A DNA stretch of 54,885 bases, taken from positions 1 to 54,885 of the forward strand of contig DATDRF010000255.1 of NCBI GenBank assembly GCA_035291905.1, written 5' to 3'. The notes below the pieces were generated by a model. That model was given only the letters and a program-made list of their open reading frames with translations, searched no databases and had not been told where the DNA came from. A program made the translations under genes and the position numbers. Source of the stretch: Bacteroidota bacterium. Lineage in GTDB: Bacteria; Bacteroidota; Ignavibacteria; UBA10030. Shown here in pieces: positions 19,897-29,405 of this stretch; position 1 is the stretch's first letter, and each line of letters begins with the position of its first letter.

Positions 19897-21057
19897 ATGA
19901 CAAAGACCAGAATCGGCTTTTCTTGCTGTGCCTCGATAATCCTCTTTCTTCTCCTCTTTATTGCCACAGGATGCTCCCAGGAAATAACAGTGGCGGTGAG
20001 AGTGTTCCCGCCTTCAGACACTCCTGCCGGTTCACGCATCTACATTGCGGGGAACACATCGGCGCTGGGAGACTGGAATCCGGGAAAAGTGGAACTGACG
20101 AAAGGCGATTCGGGGTGGAACCATCTCTTCAAGGTTCCGAAAGGCCAGGCGGTCGAATTCAAGATCACGCGGGGATCCTGGAACAATCAGGCAATCTACA
20201 ATCATGATGAGATCCCGGGCAATTTCAGGTTCATGCCGGTCAGGGATACTCTCATTCAAATCATGCCTTTCTCCTGGCAGGATGTGAGAAAGGGCGAGGG
20301 CGGCGGCATCAGCGGCACAGTGCACTATCATCGGGGATTACAGGGGGCTGGACTCAACCATGCCCGCGATGTCATTGTTTGGCTCCCGCCGGGCTACGAG
20401 AAGGAGAAAAGGAAGAGATTTCCGGTTCTCTACATGCATGACGGGCAGAACATCATTGATCCCTCAACTTCGTTCATAGGGTATGATTGGCACGTGGATG
20501 AGGTTGCCGACAGCCTCATCAAGGCCGGGGCAATCGAGGAGATTATCATCGTGGGAATTTCGAATTCCGCAGACCGCGGCCCGGAATATTCGGACACGGA
20601 GCTGGGACGGAGTTACGCATCGTTCGTTGTTCACACATTGAAACCGCTGATCGACAGCACATACAGAACAATGCCGGACGCAGCGAACACTGCTGTCATG
20701 GGTTCTTCCATGGGCGGGCTCATCTCATTTCTCTTCGTCTGGTGGCATCCCGACGTGTTTTCGAAAGCGGGTTGCCTTTCCAGCGCGTTTCTTTATCATG
20801 AGGACAAGATCTTGAAAGAAGTTCGGAGCTTTGAAGGTCCTCTGAAGAACATCCGAGTTTACATGGACTGCGGGACCGTCGATCTGGAGGCAAGACTGAA
20901 GTCGGGGTCTGAAGATATGGCTCACATCCTGCAGGAACAAGGTTATCGGAAGGGTCTGGACTTTGAGTATTTTCTCGACCAGGGGGCGCTCCATGATGAG
21001 AGGGCCTGGGCAAGAAGGGTTTGGAGACCGCTGAGATTTCTTTTTGGGAAAAAATAG
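19897..21057 (+). CDS. lipoprotein esterase (esterase D / enterochelin-esterase-like alpha/beta hydrolase) with an N-terminal carbohydrate-binding-like module
   Basis: Lipobox FIATGC. IYIAGNTSALGDWNPGKV...EFKITRGSWN resembles a CBM20/E-set-like module. VIVWLPPGYE...FPVLYMHDGQN and GSSMGGLISF form the nucleophile elbow. The ORF track start is 19864. Confidence 0.7.
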   Translation: MTKTRIGFSCCASIILFLLLFIATGCSQEITVAVRVFPPSDTPAGSRIYIAGNTSALGDWNPGKVELTKGDSGWNHLFKVPKGQAVEFKITRGSWNNQAIYNHDEIPGNFRFMPVRDTLIQIMPFSWQDVRKGEGGGISGTVHYHRGLQGAGLNHARDVIVWLPPGYEKEKRKRFPVLYMHDGQNIIDPSTSFIGYDWHVDEVADSLIKAGAIEEIIIVGISNSADRGPEYSDTELGRSYASFVVHTLKPLIDSTYRTMPDAANTAVMGSSMGGLISFLFVWWHPDVFSKAGCLSSAFLYHEDKILKEVRSFEGPLKNIRVYMDCGTVDLEARLKSGSEDMAHILQEQGYRKGLDFEYFLDQGALHDERAWARRVWRPLRFLFGKK

Positions 21058-21068
21058 AGGAGATTTGA

Positions 21069-21308
21069 ATGGGATTCATCAAGCAGGCAACGTGCCGAAA
21101 ATGCGGGAAGAAATTCACATGGAGAATTGAAAGACCCGGGGACGGGTTTTGGGACCGTTGGAAGAGTGACAATGGGAATACCCTCGCCGCCTGGTTCTTG
21201 TCGAACTCGCTATGTTGGGATCACGCAATGGAGGTAATCCCCGACCGTTTCCGTTCGATCCTGCAAACAACGTTGTATGAAGAAACAGAGGCAAAGCCGC
21301 AGCCCTGA
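21069..21308 (+). CDS. small hypothetical protein (79 aa), possible zinc-ribbon-like CxxC
   Basis: A GAGGAG RBS lies 6 nt upstream. CRKCGKKF plus a later CWDH are present. No family recognised. Confidence 0.45.
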   Translation: MGFIKQATCRKCGKKFTWRIERPGDGFWDRWKSDNGNTLAAWFLSNSLCWDHAMEVIPDRFRSILQTTLYEETEAKPQP

Positions 21309-21340
21309 ACTGCGGCTCCATTTGAAATAACGGAGGTACC

Positions 21341-23365
21341 ATGAGATTCTTTGGAGCAATCCTTCTATCGATACTTTTTGCATCGGCGGCGATTCCGCAG
21401 GCGAAGCATGCATTGACATTTGATGATCTTATCGGCATGGGGAGGATCAGTGATCCGCAGATTTCGCCGGATGGGAAGATGGTGGTTTTCGTGCTGACGT
21501 ACTACAACAAGACCGAGAATTCATCGAACAGCAATCTGTATCTTGTCCCGACCGAGGGCGGGGCGGTCCGTCAGCTGACGAATGCGGTCCGATCCAACAA
21601 CAACCCCCGGTGGATGCCCGATGGAGCTTCCGTCGCGTTTGTTTCGACCCGCGACGGCGAATCCCAGATCTGGACAATTCCCGTGAGCGGAGGAGAGTCA
21701 AAGAAGGTTTCTTTGATTTCCACGGAAGCTTCCGGTTTGACCGTTTCTGCCGATGGACGCTGGTTCGCGTTCAGCTCGGATGTTTTTCCGGATTGTGCGA
21801 CGGACGACTGCAACCGGGCCCGCAACGAAGAACTTTCCAAAAGCAAGATCAAGGCGAAAATGTTCGATCACCTTCCGTACCGCGTATGGAATTATTGGAA
21901 GGACGGCAGGAGAAGCCACATGTTTGTCATGCCGGCAACGGGAGGAAAGGCTGTTGACCTCACACCCGGGGACTATGATACGCCGCCCATTGATCTCGGC
22001 GGATCCTGGGACTATGATTTCTCTCCGGACGGCAAAGAGGTAGTTTTCACCCGCAATACTGATCCTGTTGTTGCCGTAAGCACAAATAACGACCTCTTCA
22101 CGGTGCCCGTTTCAGGTGGAGCGGCGAAACGAATCACGGAGAATCCGGCGAACGACAGTCAACCGTTGTATTCCCCTGACGGGAAGTACATTGCGTATCG
22201 GAAGATGGAGCGGGCCGGATTCGAGGCAGACAGAAGGCGCCTCGTTCTGTATGATCGGTCGAAAGGAGCACACGTGAATCTGACCGAGGATTTTGACTAC
22301 AGCGTGGGTGACGTTTACTGGGCCCCCGACAGCAAAACCCTTCTGTTTTCGGCAGACGACAAGGGAAATTCCACGATCTTCAAGATTACCGTTTCCAACG
22401 GGAAAATCGAGACGATCATCAGCAAAGGATATAATCATTCCTTCGATTTGACTCCGGACGGCAAGACGATCGTGTTCATCAAAGAGTCCATTGAGACACC
22501 GGCTGAACTATTTCGAATGGACATTTCGGGCAAGAACATCAAGCAACTGACGAGAATCAACGCGGAAAAAGCGGCGGCCCTTGAGATGAACCCGCTCGAA
22601 GATTTCTGGTTCGCGGGTGCGGAAGGGGCAAAGGTTCACGGCTGGATTGTCAAGCCGCCGGGATTCAAGGCATCGGGAAAATATCCGATGATTTATCTTG
22701 TCCATGGCGGGCCGCAAGGCCAATGGGGTGACCAGTTTCACTACCGATGGAGCGCCCAGATGTTTGCATCCCGCGGATACGTGGTGTTGATGGTGAATCC
22801 GAGAGGAAGCACGGGTTACGGCCAGAAGTTCACGGATGAGATAAGCAAAGACTGGGGAGGCAAAGTCTATATCGATCTCATGAACGGTCTGGATTACGTT
22901 GTCAAAACGTATCCTTTTGTTGATGCGAACCGTTTGGCGGCAGCAGGGGCATCGTACGGCGGCTACATGATGAACTGGATGGCCGGGCACACCGACCGCT
23001 TTCGGGCCATTGTCTCCCACGACGGAGTGTACAATCCCAAGAGCATGTACGGGACAACGGAAGAGCTGTGGTTTCCCGAATGGGAATTCGGAGGGACCCC
23101 GTACGAGAACGACGAGCTGTATGAACAATGGTCGCCGCTGAATTCCGCCAAGAACTTCAAGACGCCGACACTCATTGTCCACGGACAGCTTGATTATCGG
23201 GTCGATGTCAGTGAAGGGTTCCAGTTCTTCACGGCACTGCAGCGCAGGGGGGTGAAGTCGAAGATGCTGTACTTCCCCGATGAGGGGCACTGGGTCATGA
23301 AGCCGGCCAATGCCGAGCTTTGGTACAAGACCGTGCTCGACTGGATTGACGAGAACACGAAATGA
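21341..23365 (+). CDS. S9 family serine peptidase (prolyl oligopeptidase / acylaminoacyl-peptidase type) with an N-terminal beta-propeller
   Basis: Signal peptide and repeated PD40-like units (SPDGK...). The catalytic Ser is in GASYGGYM, with later HGQLDYRV and DEGHW. Confidence 0.88.
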   Translation: MRFFGAILLSILFASAAIPQAKHALTFDDLIGMGRISDPQISPDGKMVVFVLTYYNKTENSSNSNLYLVPTEGGAVRQLTNAVRSNNNPRWMPDGASVAFVSTRDGESQIWTIPVSGGESKKVSLISTEASGLTVSADGRWFAFSSDVFPDCATDDCNRARNEELSKSKIKAKMFDHLPYRVWNYWKDGRRSHMFVMPATGGKAVDLTPGDYDTPPIDLGGSWDYDFSPDGKEVVFTRNTDPVVAVSTNNDLFTVPVSGGAAKRITENPANDSQPLYSPDGKYIAYRKMERAGFEADRRRLVLYDRSKGAHVNLTEDFDYSVGDVYWAPDSKTLLFSADDKGNSTIFKITVSNGKIETIISKGYNHSFDLTPDGKTIVFIKESIETPAELFRMDISGKNIKQLTRINAEKAAALEMNPLEDFWFAGAEGAKVHGWIVKPPGFKASGKYPMIYLVHGGPQGQWGDQFHYRWSAQMFASRGYVVLMVNPRGSTGYGQKFTDEISKDWGGKVYIDLMNGLDYVVKTYPFVDANRLAAAGASYGGYMMNWMAGHTDRFRAIVSHDGVYNPKSMYGTTEELWFPEWEFGGTPYENDELYEQWSPLNSAKNFKTPTLIVHGQLDYRVDVSEGFQFFTALQRRGVKSKMLYFPDEGHWVMKPANAELWYKTVLDWIDENTK

Positions 23366-24630
23366 AAGAATCCCAAGTGCTGAGAAGGGGCCGGATGCCC
23401 GGTGTGCGGCGTTGGATTACGGCAGCAGTGTTCTTGCTGGCTTTTGCCCCCGGGATTACGTGGAGCGTTGGTCAGGGCGGAAAATCAACCGTCATTCTCG
23501 TCTCTATTGACGGATTCCGTCCCGACTATCTCGATCATACGTCTTGTCCGAACCTCAGAGAACTCGCGGTGTCGGGAACGAGGGCAGAGTGGCTGATTCC
23601 GATCTTTCCGACGAAGACCTTCCCGAATCATTATGCCATTGCGACCGGCCTGTATGCGGAGAACAACGGGGTGGTGGCAAATACGATGTATGACCCCGGA
23701 TTCGACGCAATGTTCACGATGCGGATGCGCAATGAGGTGACCAATGCCCGATGGTGGGGTGGGGAACCGATATGGGTGACAGCTGAAAAGCAGGGAGTGA
23801 TCAGCGCTCCATTCTTCTGGCCCGGATCGGAGGCGCCGATTGGAGGATTGAGGCCCAGCTATTACAGGACCTTCGATCAATCGATGAGCGAGGAACAGCG
23901 TGTTGCGCAGGTTCTGCAATGGCTCGACCTTCCCGAGAAGCAACGGCCCAGATTCGTGACACTCTATTTCGATCGGCTCGATACGTTCGGGCATGAGTAC
24001 GGCCCCGACTATGCCTCTGTCGACACTGCCGTCAGGGTCATTGATGAGGCGATCGGAAAGCTGATCGAAGGACTGAAGGCGAGAAAGCTCTTTGAGGCCG
24101 TGACACTTATTGTCGTTTCGGATCATGGGATGGCCGCTGTCGCGAAGGAGCGAACGGTGTATCTGGATGATTACCTCGCAGAGAGCGATTCTGTGCGGAT
24201 TGTGGACTGGGGAATCGTTGTTTCGCTTTGGCCCAGGCCCGGGACAGAAGATAGAGTCTTTCGCGCGGTGAAAGGCGCTCATCCGCGTATGAGCGCATTC
24301 CTGAAGGATTCCATTCCTTCACGCTGGCATTACAAGTCGAATAGACGCGTTGCGCCGGTCGCGCTCGTCGCCGATGAAGGGTGGATCATTTCGAGCAGAA
24401 AAGATCAGAGGACGTGGGGACGGCGGTCGACAGGCGGGAACCACGGATATGACAACCAGTCGTCTTCCATGAGAGCGATCTTCATAGCTCATGGTCCACA
24501 ATTCAAGGCGGGAAAGGTTGTCGGACCCTTTGAAAACATTCAGATCTACAATCTTCTCTGTTCTCTCCTTCAAATCGTCCCTGCTCCGAACGACGGAGAT
24601 ATGAAAGTGGCGAAATCGATTATGAAGTGA
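23362..24630 (+). CDS. ectonucleotide pyrophosphatase/phosphodiesterase (NPP, alkaline-phosphatase superfamily)
   Basis: SIDGFRPDYL, FPTKTFPNHYAIATGLY and VVSDHGM are present. An ATGA start/stop overlap links it to the upstream peptidase gene. Confidence 0.88.
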   Translation: MKESQVLRRGRMPGVRRWITAAVFLLAFAPGITWSVGQGGKSTVILVSIDGFRPDYLDHTSCPNLRELAVSGTRAEWLIPIFPTKTFPNHYAIATGLYAENNGVVANTMYDPGFDAMFTMRMRNEVTNARWWGGEPIWVTAEKQGVISAPFFWPGSEAPIGGLRPSYYRTFDQSMSEEQRVAQVLQWLDLPEKQRPRFVTLYFDRLDTFGHEYGPDYASVDTAVRVIDEAIGKLIEGLKARKLFEAVTLIVVSDHGMAAVAKERTVYLDDYLAESDSVRIVDWGIVVSLWPRPGTEDRVFRAVKGAHPRMSAFLKDSIPSRWHYKSNRRVAPVALVADEGWIISSRKDQRTWGRRSTGGNHGYDNQSSSMRAIFIAHGPQFKAGKVVGPFENIQIYNLLCSLLQIVPAPNDGDMKVAKSIMK

Positions 24631-24772
24631 AGAATCAAAGTGCAAAGTGCAAAGTTCAAAGTTTAAGGTTCAAAGTTCCAAGTTCAAGGTTCCAAGTTCG
24701 AAGCTCAAGGGGCATTTCCCAAGCACTTCGTACTTCTCACTTCATACTTTGTACTTCCATGCATTGCATTTG
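24622..24772. repeat. degenerate heptanucleotide tandem array (CAAAGTK)n followed by an inverted array (YACTTYN)n
   Basis: Eleven in-register 7-nt units span 24636-24712: caaagtg caaagtg caaagtt caaagtt taaggtt caaagtt ccaagtt caaggtt ccaagtt cgaagct caagggg. Five complementary-sense units span 24724-24758: cacttcg tacttct cacttca tactttg tacttcc. Confidence 0.85.
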
Positions 24773-24850
24773 TGACGTGGAGTTGATAGCTTAACAGGAA
24801 GCTCTATGAAACCATGACCCCGGAACACCAGACATGAAAAGAGATCAATT

Positions 24851-26371
24851 ATGAATCAGTTCAAAGAGAGCATCTATAATCTCGTTGTTGACGCCTCCTC
24901 AAATCTTCCCCCAGACGTGCGGCGGGCGTTGGCGGTTGCAATGAAGCAGGAGACCCCGAAGACCCAGGCTTCACTCGCACTGCAGACGATTGCGATCAAC
25001 GTTGACATGGCATGTGACGGCGCCGTCCCGATTTGTCAGGATACGGGAATGCCGACGTTTGAGATCAAGACTCCCATCGGGGCCAACCAGATGACCATGA
25101 AGAAGGAGATTTTTGAGGCGATTGCGGAGGCTACAAAGGCGGGAAAGCTGCGCCCCAATTCTGTCGATTCCTTGACGGGCAAGAACAGCGGGAATAACCT
25201 CGGAGAAGGCACACCAGTCGTTCATTTTGAGCAGTGGGAAAAAGACGACATGGAAGTGAGGTTGTTGCTGAAGGGCGGAGGTTGCGAAAACAAGAACATT
25301 CAGTACTCGTTGCCCATGGAGCTTCCTAATCTCGGCCGTGCGGACCGGACGCTCGAGGGTGTCCGTAAGTGCATCATGCATGCGGTGTTTCAGGCACAGG
25401 GCCATGGATGCAGTGTCGGCGCTCTCGGTGTGTCTGTGGGCGGCGACAGGACAACGGGATACGGCGCTGCAAAGCAACAGCTGTTCCGTTCGCTGGATGA
25501 TATCAATCCCGATCCCACCCTTTCGAAGCTCGAGAAGCGCATCATGGAAGATGCGAACAAGCTGGGAATAGGATCGATGGGGTTCGGTGGAGCCGTGACG
25601 CTCATCGGCTGCAAGATTGGCGTGCTTAACCGACTTCCGGCGTGCTTTTTTGTGAGCGTGGCTTATGATTGCTGGGCATTTCGAAGACAGGGAGTAGTTC
25701 TGGACGGGAAGACCGGCGCGATCAAGCGCTGGCTCTACAAGGATGACTCGCCTGTCCTGCGGATGGCAAAGGATCAGAGCCTTCCGCTCACGGGCCGCGA
25801 GGTGAGACTTACGACGCCCGTTTCCGTCGACCAGATACGGAGTCTGAAGGTCGGGGATGTTGTTCTTTTGAGTGGAGCAGTACACACGGGAAGGGATAAT
25901 CTCCATCACCATTTGTTGACGCACGATTCGCCGGTCGATCTCAAGGGCGGAGCGCTGTATCACTGCGGGCCGGTGGCGCTCAAGCAGGGCGACAAATGGA
26001 CGATGAACGCGGCGGGCCCTACGACCAGTGGACGCGAAGAGCCGTACCAGGCCGACATCATCAAGAAGTTCGGATTGAGGATCGTCATAGGGAAAGGCGG
26101 GATGGGTGCGAAAACCCTGGCCGCGCTGAAAGAACACGGTGCAGTGTACATGAATGCTATCGGCGGTGCAGCCCAGTACTATACAAAGTGTATTACGGAT
26201 GTCGACGGCGTTGATTTCCTCGATTTTGGAATCCCCGAAGCAATGTGGCATCTGCAGGTGAAGGATTTTCCTGCAATCGTAACGATGGACTCGCATGGCA
26301 ACAGTCTTCATGCAGACGTGGAGAAGGCCTCAGCGAAAGAACTTGCGAAATTTGCAGAGCCGGTTGCGTAG
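24851..26371 (+). CDS. class I (Fe-S) fumarate hydratase, fused alpha+beta domains
   Basis: The Fe-S cluster ligand region CQDTGMPTF is present. The C-terminal domain carries LSGAVHTGRDNLHHHL. The ~500 aa length fits the fused type. L-tartrate dehydratase cannot be excluded. Confidence 0.85.
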   Translation: MNQFKESIYNLVVDASSNLPPDVRRALAVAMKQETPKTQASLALQTIAINVDMACDGAVPICQDTGMPTFEIKTPIGANQMTMKKEIFEAIAEATKAGKLRPNSVDSLTGKNSGNNLGEGTPVVHFEQWEKDDMEVRLLLKGGGCENKNIQYSLPMELPNLGRADRTLEGVRKCIMHAVFQAQGHGCSVGALGVSVGGDRTTGYGAAKQQLFRSLDDINPDPTLSKLEKRIMEDANKLGIGSMGFGGAVTLIGCKIGVLNRLPACFFVSVAYDCWAFRRQGVVLDGKTGAIKRWLYKDDSPVLRMAKDQSLPLTGREVRLTTPVSVDQIRSLKVGDVVLLSGAVHTGRDNLHHHLLTHDSPVDLKGGALYHCGPVALKQGDKWTMNAAGPTTSGREEPYQADIIKKFGLRIVIGKGGMGAKTLAALKEHGAVYMNAIGGAAQYYTKCITDVDGVDFLDFGIPEAMWHLQVKDFPAIVTMDSHGNSLHADVEKASAKELAKFAEPVA

Positions 26372-26400
26372 CAGTCTTGTCCATAGAGAATAACCGAAGG

Positions 26401-26430
26401 CACCGGGAAACAACCCGGTGTCTTTTTTTT
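26401..26430 (+). terminator. rho-independent terminator after the fumarase gene
   Basis: CACCGGG / CCCGGTG stem with loop AAACAA, followed by TCTTTTTTTT. Confidence 0.7.
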
Positions 26431-26460
26431 CCGCCAACCCGAATCAAAGGAGGGAAGACC

Positions 26461-27855
26461 ATGGAGACCCGAACCGAGAAAGATGCCCTGGGAGAGCGGC
26501 AAATTCCGGCAAACGCTTATTATGGAATCCAGACGTTGCGCGCCGTCGAGAATTTTCCCATCAGCGGATTGAGGGGCAAAGAGTCGTATGTGGAAGCGAC
26601 GGTGCACATCAAGCGGGCCGCGGCAATAGTGAACCGCAAGCTAGGAATGCTCAGCCCAAAGATTTCCGACGCGATCGTAATGGCGGCAGACGAAGTTCTC
26701 GGCGGAAGATTCCACGAATGGTTTGTCGTAGATGTCTTCCAGGCCGGGGCGGGGACCTCCCACAACATGAATGTCAATGAGGTTCTTGCGAATCGGGCAA
26801 TAGAGTTGCTTGGAGGATCAAAAGGGGAATACGGAATTGTGCATCCGAACGACCACGTCAACATGGCGCAATCGACGAATGACGTCTGTCCCACGGCGAT
26901 CCGAATTTCAGCCTTGAAGGAGGTGCATCGGTTCCTCGAGAAGCTGGGGGAACTGGAGCGTCGTTTTTTGGAAAAAGGAAAGGAATTCGACACTGTGGTC
27001 AAATCGGGCCGCACCCACCTCATGGATGCCGTTCCTGTGAGGCTTGGCCAGGAATTCACGGCGTATGGAACCAACATGAGCAAACATCGTGCGGCGATCG
27101 AGCGGGCGGCCGCAGAATGTCTGGAATTAGGGATTGGGGGCACGGCAACGGGCACCGGCTTGAACAGTCATCCGAAATACCGGTTCGAGATGGTCGAGGA
27201 ACTGAAACGATCCCTGGGCCTGGAATTCAGAATGGCCGACGACTACTTCGAGGCAATGCAAAGCCTGCGTCCGATGGTGAGTGTGTCCAATGCGATTCGG
27301 AATTGTTCTCAGGATGTCAGCCGAATTGCAAGCGACCTGCGTCTCATGGGATCGGGCCCGACGACGGGCCTGGCTGAGATTCTGCTTCCCGCGGTCCAGC
27401 CGGGGTCTTCGATCATGCCGGGGAAAGTCAATCCGTCGATAGCAGAAATGGTGAATATGGTCTGTTTTCAGGTGGCCGGTTGCGACACAACGGTATTTCT
27501 TGCCGCTCAAAGCGGTCAGCTCGAGCTGAATGTGATGATGCCGGTCGTGGCCCACAACCTCCTTCATGAAATCGAGATTCTCGGGAACGCCATCGGTGTA
27601 TTTGCGGGACGATGCGTGGCCGGAATAACGGCGAATTCCGAACGTTGTCGTTCCTTTGCCGAAGGGAGCGTCAGCCTGGCAACGGCACTGAATCCCCAAA
27701 TCGGGTATGCGGCCGCCGCCGACATCGTTAAGGAGGCAATGAAACGCAGAGTATCGCTTCGTCAGGTCGTGGAGGAAAGAAAACTGCTGTCAAAGGCGCA
27801 AATTGACAAGATTTTCGATCTCCAGGGGATGACCGAGCCCGGAATCAAGTCCTAA
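26461..27855 (+). CDS. aspA: aspartate ammonia-lyase
   Basis: The ATG at 26461 follows AAGGAGGG. METRTEKDALGERQIPANAYYGIQTLRAVENFPISG matches the AspA N-terminus better than FumC. The GSSIMPGKVNP signature is present. The ORF-track extension back to 26245 overlaps the fumarase gene and the terminator. Confidence 0.88.
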   Translation: METRTEKDALGERQIPANAYYGIQTLRAVENFPISGLRGKESYVEATVHIKRAAAIVNRKLGMLSPKISDAIVMAADEVLGGRFHEWFVVDVFQAGAGTSHNMNVNEVLANRAIELLGGSKGEYGIVHPNDHVNMAQSTNDVCPTAIRISALKEVHRFLEKLGELERRFLEKGKEFDTVVKSGRTHLMDAVPVRLGQEFTAYGTNMSKHRAAIERAAAECLELGIGGTATGTGLNSHPKYRFEMVEELKRSLGLEFRMADDYFEAMQSLRPMVSVSNAIRNCSQDVSRIASDLRLMGSGPTTGLAEILLPAVQPGSSIMPGKVNPSIAEMVNMVCFQVAGCDTTVFLAAQSGQLELNVMMPVVAHNLLHEIEILGNAIGVFAGRCVAGITANSERCRSFAEGSVSLATALNPQIGYAAAADIVKEAMKRRVSLRQVVEERKLLSKAQIDKIFDLQGMTEPGIKS

Positions 27856-27926
27856 TCCGTTCTTTTCAAAACATTTCTGACATATCTTCGTATGCCAGTC
27901 TATCCGTCCACCGATTGGCTCCCGTC

Positions 27927-29105
27927 ATGGTAAGAAGAACACTTCGTTCGCTGCGCGATTTCTATAACCTTTTCACGAGCGGACTCACAAGCGCTGAGAT
28001 CGAGAAGCTCGTCAATGCCGACACGCGAGGCATGTATACGTTCTATGTCAAGAACATGCCCGCACGGAATCCGAACGAATCAAAGGTTCTCCGTTTCTTC
28101 AAGTTTGCATGGTACCTGTTTCTCGCATTTCTGATGAAGATGACGCCTGCGCGTCGCCTCTTCTATGCTATCGCACTGTTCCTCGTGGTTCTCGGCTTTT
28201 GGGACGGTGACCTCATGAAATTGTTCTATGCTTTTCTCGTCATCAATTTCCTCCTGGCAATGGAACTGGCCGACAAACTGGTGACAAGAGACGACCTGGA
28301 GTTCGCGAGGCAGATTCAGCTCAGCCTTCTTCCCGACAAGGTTGCGCCGGTCGAAGGATTCGATGTCGCCACGCATAGTGAAGTGGCTCAGAGTGTAGGC
28401 GGGGACTATTTCGATTTTCTCCGTGTTGGGGACGGAAGTACAATCGTCGTCATAGGAGATGTGTCAGGGAAGGGGATTTCGGCCGCACTCTACATGGTGA
28501 AAGTACAAACCGCGCTCCAGATACTGGCAGAGGAAACGGATGACGCAAGGGAACTCCTCCTGCGCCTCAACGAGTACCTCTATCGTCAACTGAAGAGGAA
28601 CTTCTTCCTGACCGTCTCCCTCATGAAAGTCTATCCTGACGGGCAGATTCAGTTTTGCCGGGCAGGGCACATGCCGGCATTAAGGCTCGATGCGTCACGC
28701 CATTCGTGCGCGTGGATGCATCCACAGGGGACAGCCATAGGTCTTGCACCGCCTGACCAGAATCATAAGGGAAACGGAGAATCACATACGGTTTTTGAAA
28801 AAGCGCTCGAGACAGAGGAGTTGGTGTTGGATACGGGCGATACGGTGATTCTCTATACGGACGGCGTCATCGAGAGTGTCAACCGCTCGGACGAAGAGTT
28901 TGGAGAGGCACGACTTATGCAGGTTTTGATCGACTGCGAAGGAGTTGGAGTCGATGAAGTGAAGCGTCGGCTCCTGAAGAACCTTGAGCAGTTCAGGAAC
29001 GGGGAGGAGTTGAGAGATGATACCACGTTTGTGGTGTTGCAGCGTACAAGCGGGTCCCATTCAACGGTTGGCAGGAAATCTTCCAGGACAGTACACAGAG
29101 GATAG
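27927..29105 (+). CDS. membrane-anchored PP2C-family (SpoIIE/RsbU-like) serine phosphatase
   Basis: Two N-terminal TM helices, then GGDYFDF, VIGDVSGKGISAALYM, ILYTDGVIES and DDTTFVVL. The ORF track uses the TTG at 27915. Confidence 0.85.
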   Translation: MVRRTLRSLRDFYNLFTSGLTSAEIEKLVNADTRGMYTFYVKNMPARNPNESKVLRFFKFAWYLFLAFLMKMTPARRLFYAIALFLVVLGFWDGDLMKLFYAFLVINFLLAMELADKLVTRDDLEFARQIQLSLLPDKVAPVEGFDVATHSEVAQSVGGDYFDFLRVGDGSTIVVIGDVSGKGISAALYMVKVQTALQILAEETDDARELLLRLNEYLYRQLKRNFFLTVSLMKVYPDGQIQFCRAGHMPALRLDASRHSCAWMHPQGTAIGLAPPDQNHKGNGESHTVFEKALETEELVLDTGDTVILYTDGVIESVNRSDEEFGEARLMQVLIDCEGVGVDEVKRRLLKNLEQFRNGEELRDDTTFVVLQRTSGSHSTVGRKSSRTVHRG

Positions 29106-29106
29106 A

Positions 29107-29405
29107 GGTAGTGTCTCAATTTCCCTCTTAGACTACAACGCAGAGTCGCACCTGCTCGCCTCAAAAAGATCTTTGAGGCAGGTGGGGAGGATGCAAAGGA
29201 TCGCAGAGAAAAGCAGAATTCGGAGTTACCTCTGCGAATCCCTGCCTGCGTGCCGACCATTCCGCTATATTGAAATGGTGAATTAATCACTTCGGCAGGC
29301 AGGTCTGCGACCTTCCCGCCCGAACGACCGTTACGAGGTCGGTTCGTGTTCGGTCGGGCGGGTGCGGCTCTGCGTTAGAAACTACAACCAAATTGAGACA
29401 CTACT
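29107..29405. mobile_element. MITE-like non-autonomous element, copy A (299 bp)
   Basis: The TIRs are GGTAGTGTCTCAATTT (29107-29122) and AAATTGAGACACTACT (29390-29405), matching at 15/16 positions. A perfect 8-bp direct repeat AGGATAGA flanks the element at 29099-29106 and 29406-29413. The interior is nested hairpins with no ORF. A second copy lies at 33053-33211. Confidence 0.85.

Noticed and set aside
24622-24772. Possible CRISPR array
   Set aside because: The repeat unit is only 7 nt with no spacers, and there are no cas genes in the window. It is a degenerate microsatellite-like array, not a CRISPR array.
24971-26311. 446-aa minus-strand ORF
   Set aside because: It is antisense to the class I fumarase gene (CQDTGMP and other motifs on the + strand), so it is a shadow ORF.
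26245-26460. N-terminal 72-aa extension of the aspA ORF
   Set aside because: It overlaps the fumarase 3' end and a strong terminator. The ATG at 26461 has an AAGGAGGG RBS and gives a canonical AspA N-terminus.
28853-29290. 145-aa minus-strand ORF starting MINSPFQYSGMVGTQAG, similar to the first 17 aa of the 33121 ORF
   Set aside because: The shared peptide is simply the translated 69-nt MITE core, which is inverted between the copies. The rest of the ORF runs antisense into the phosphatase gene. It is not a conserved protein.
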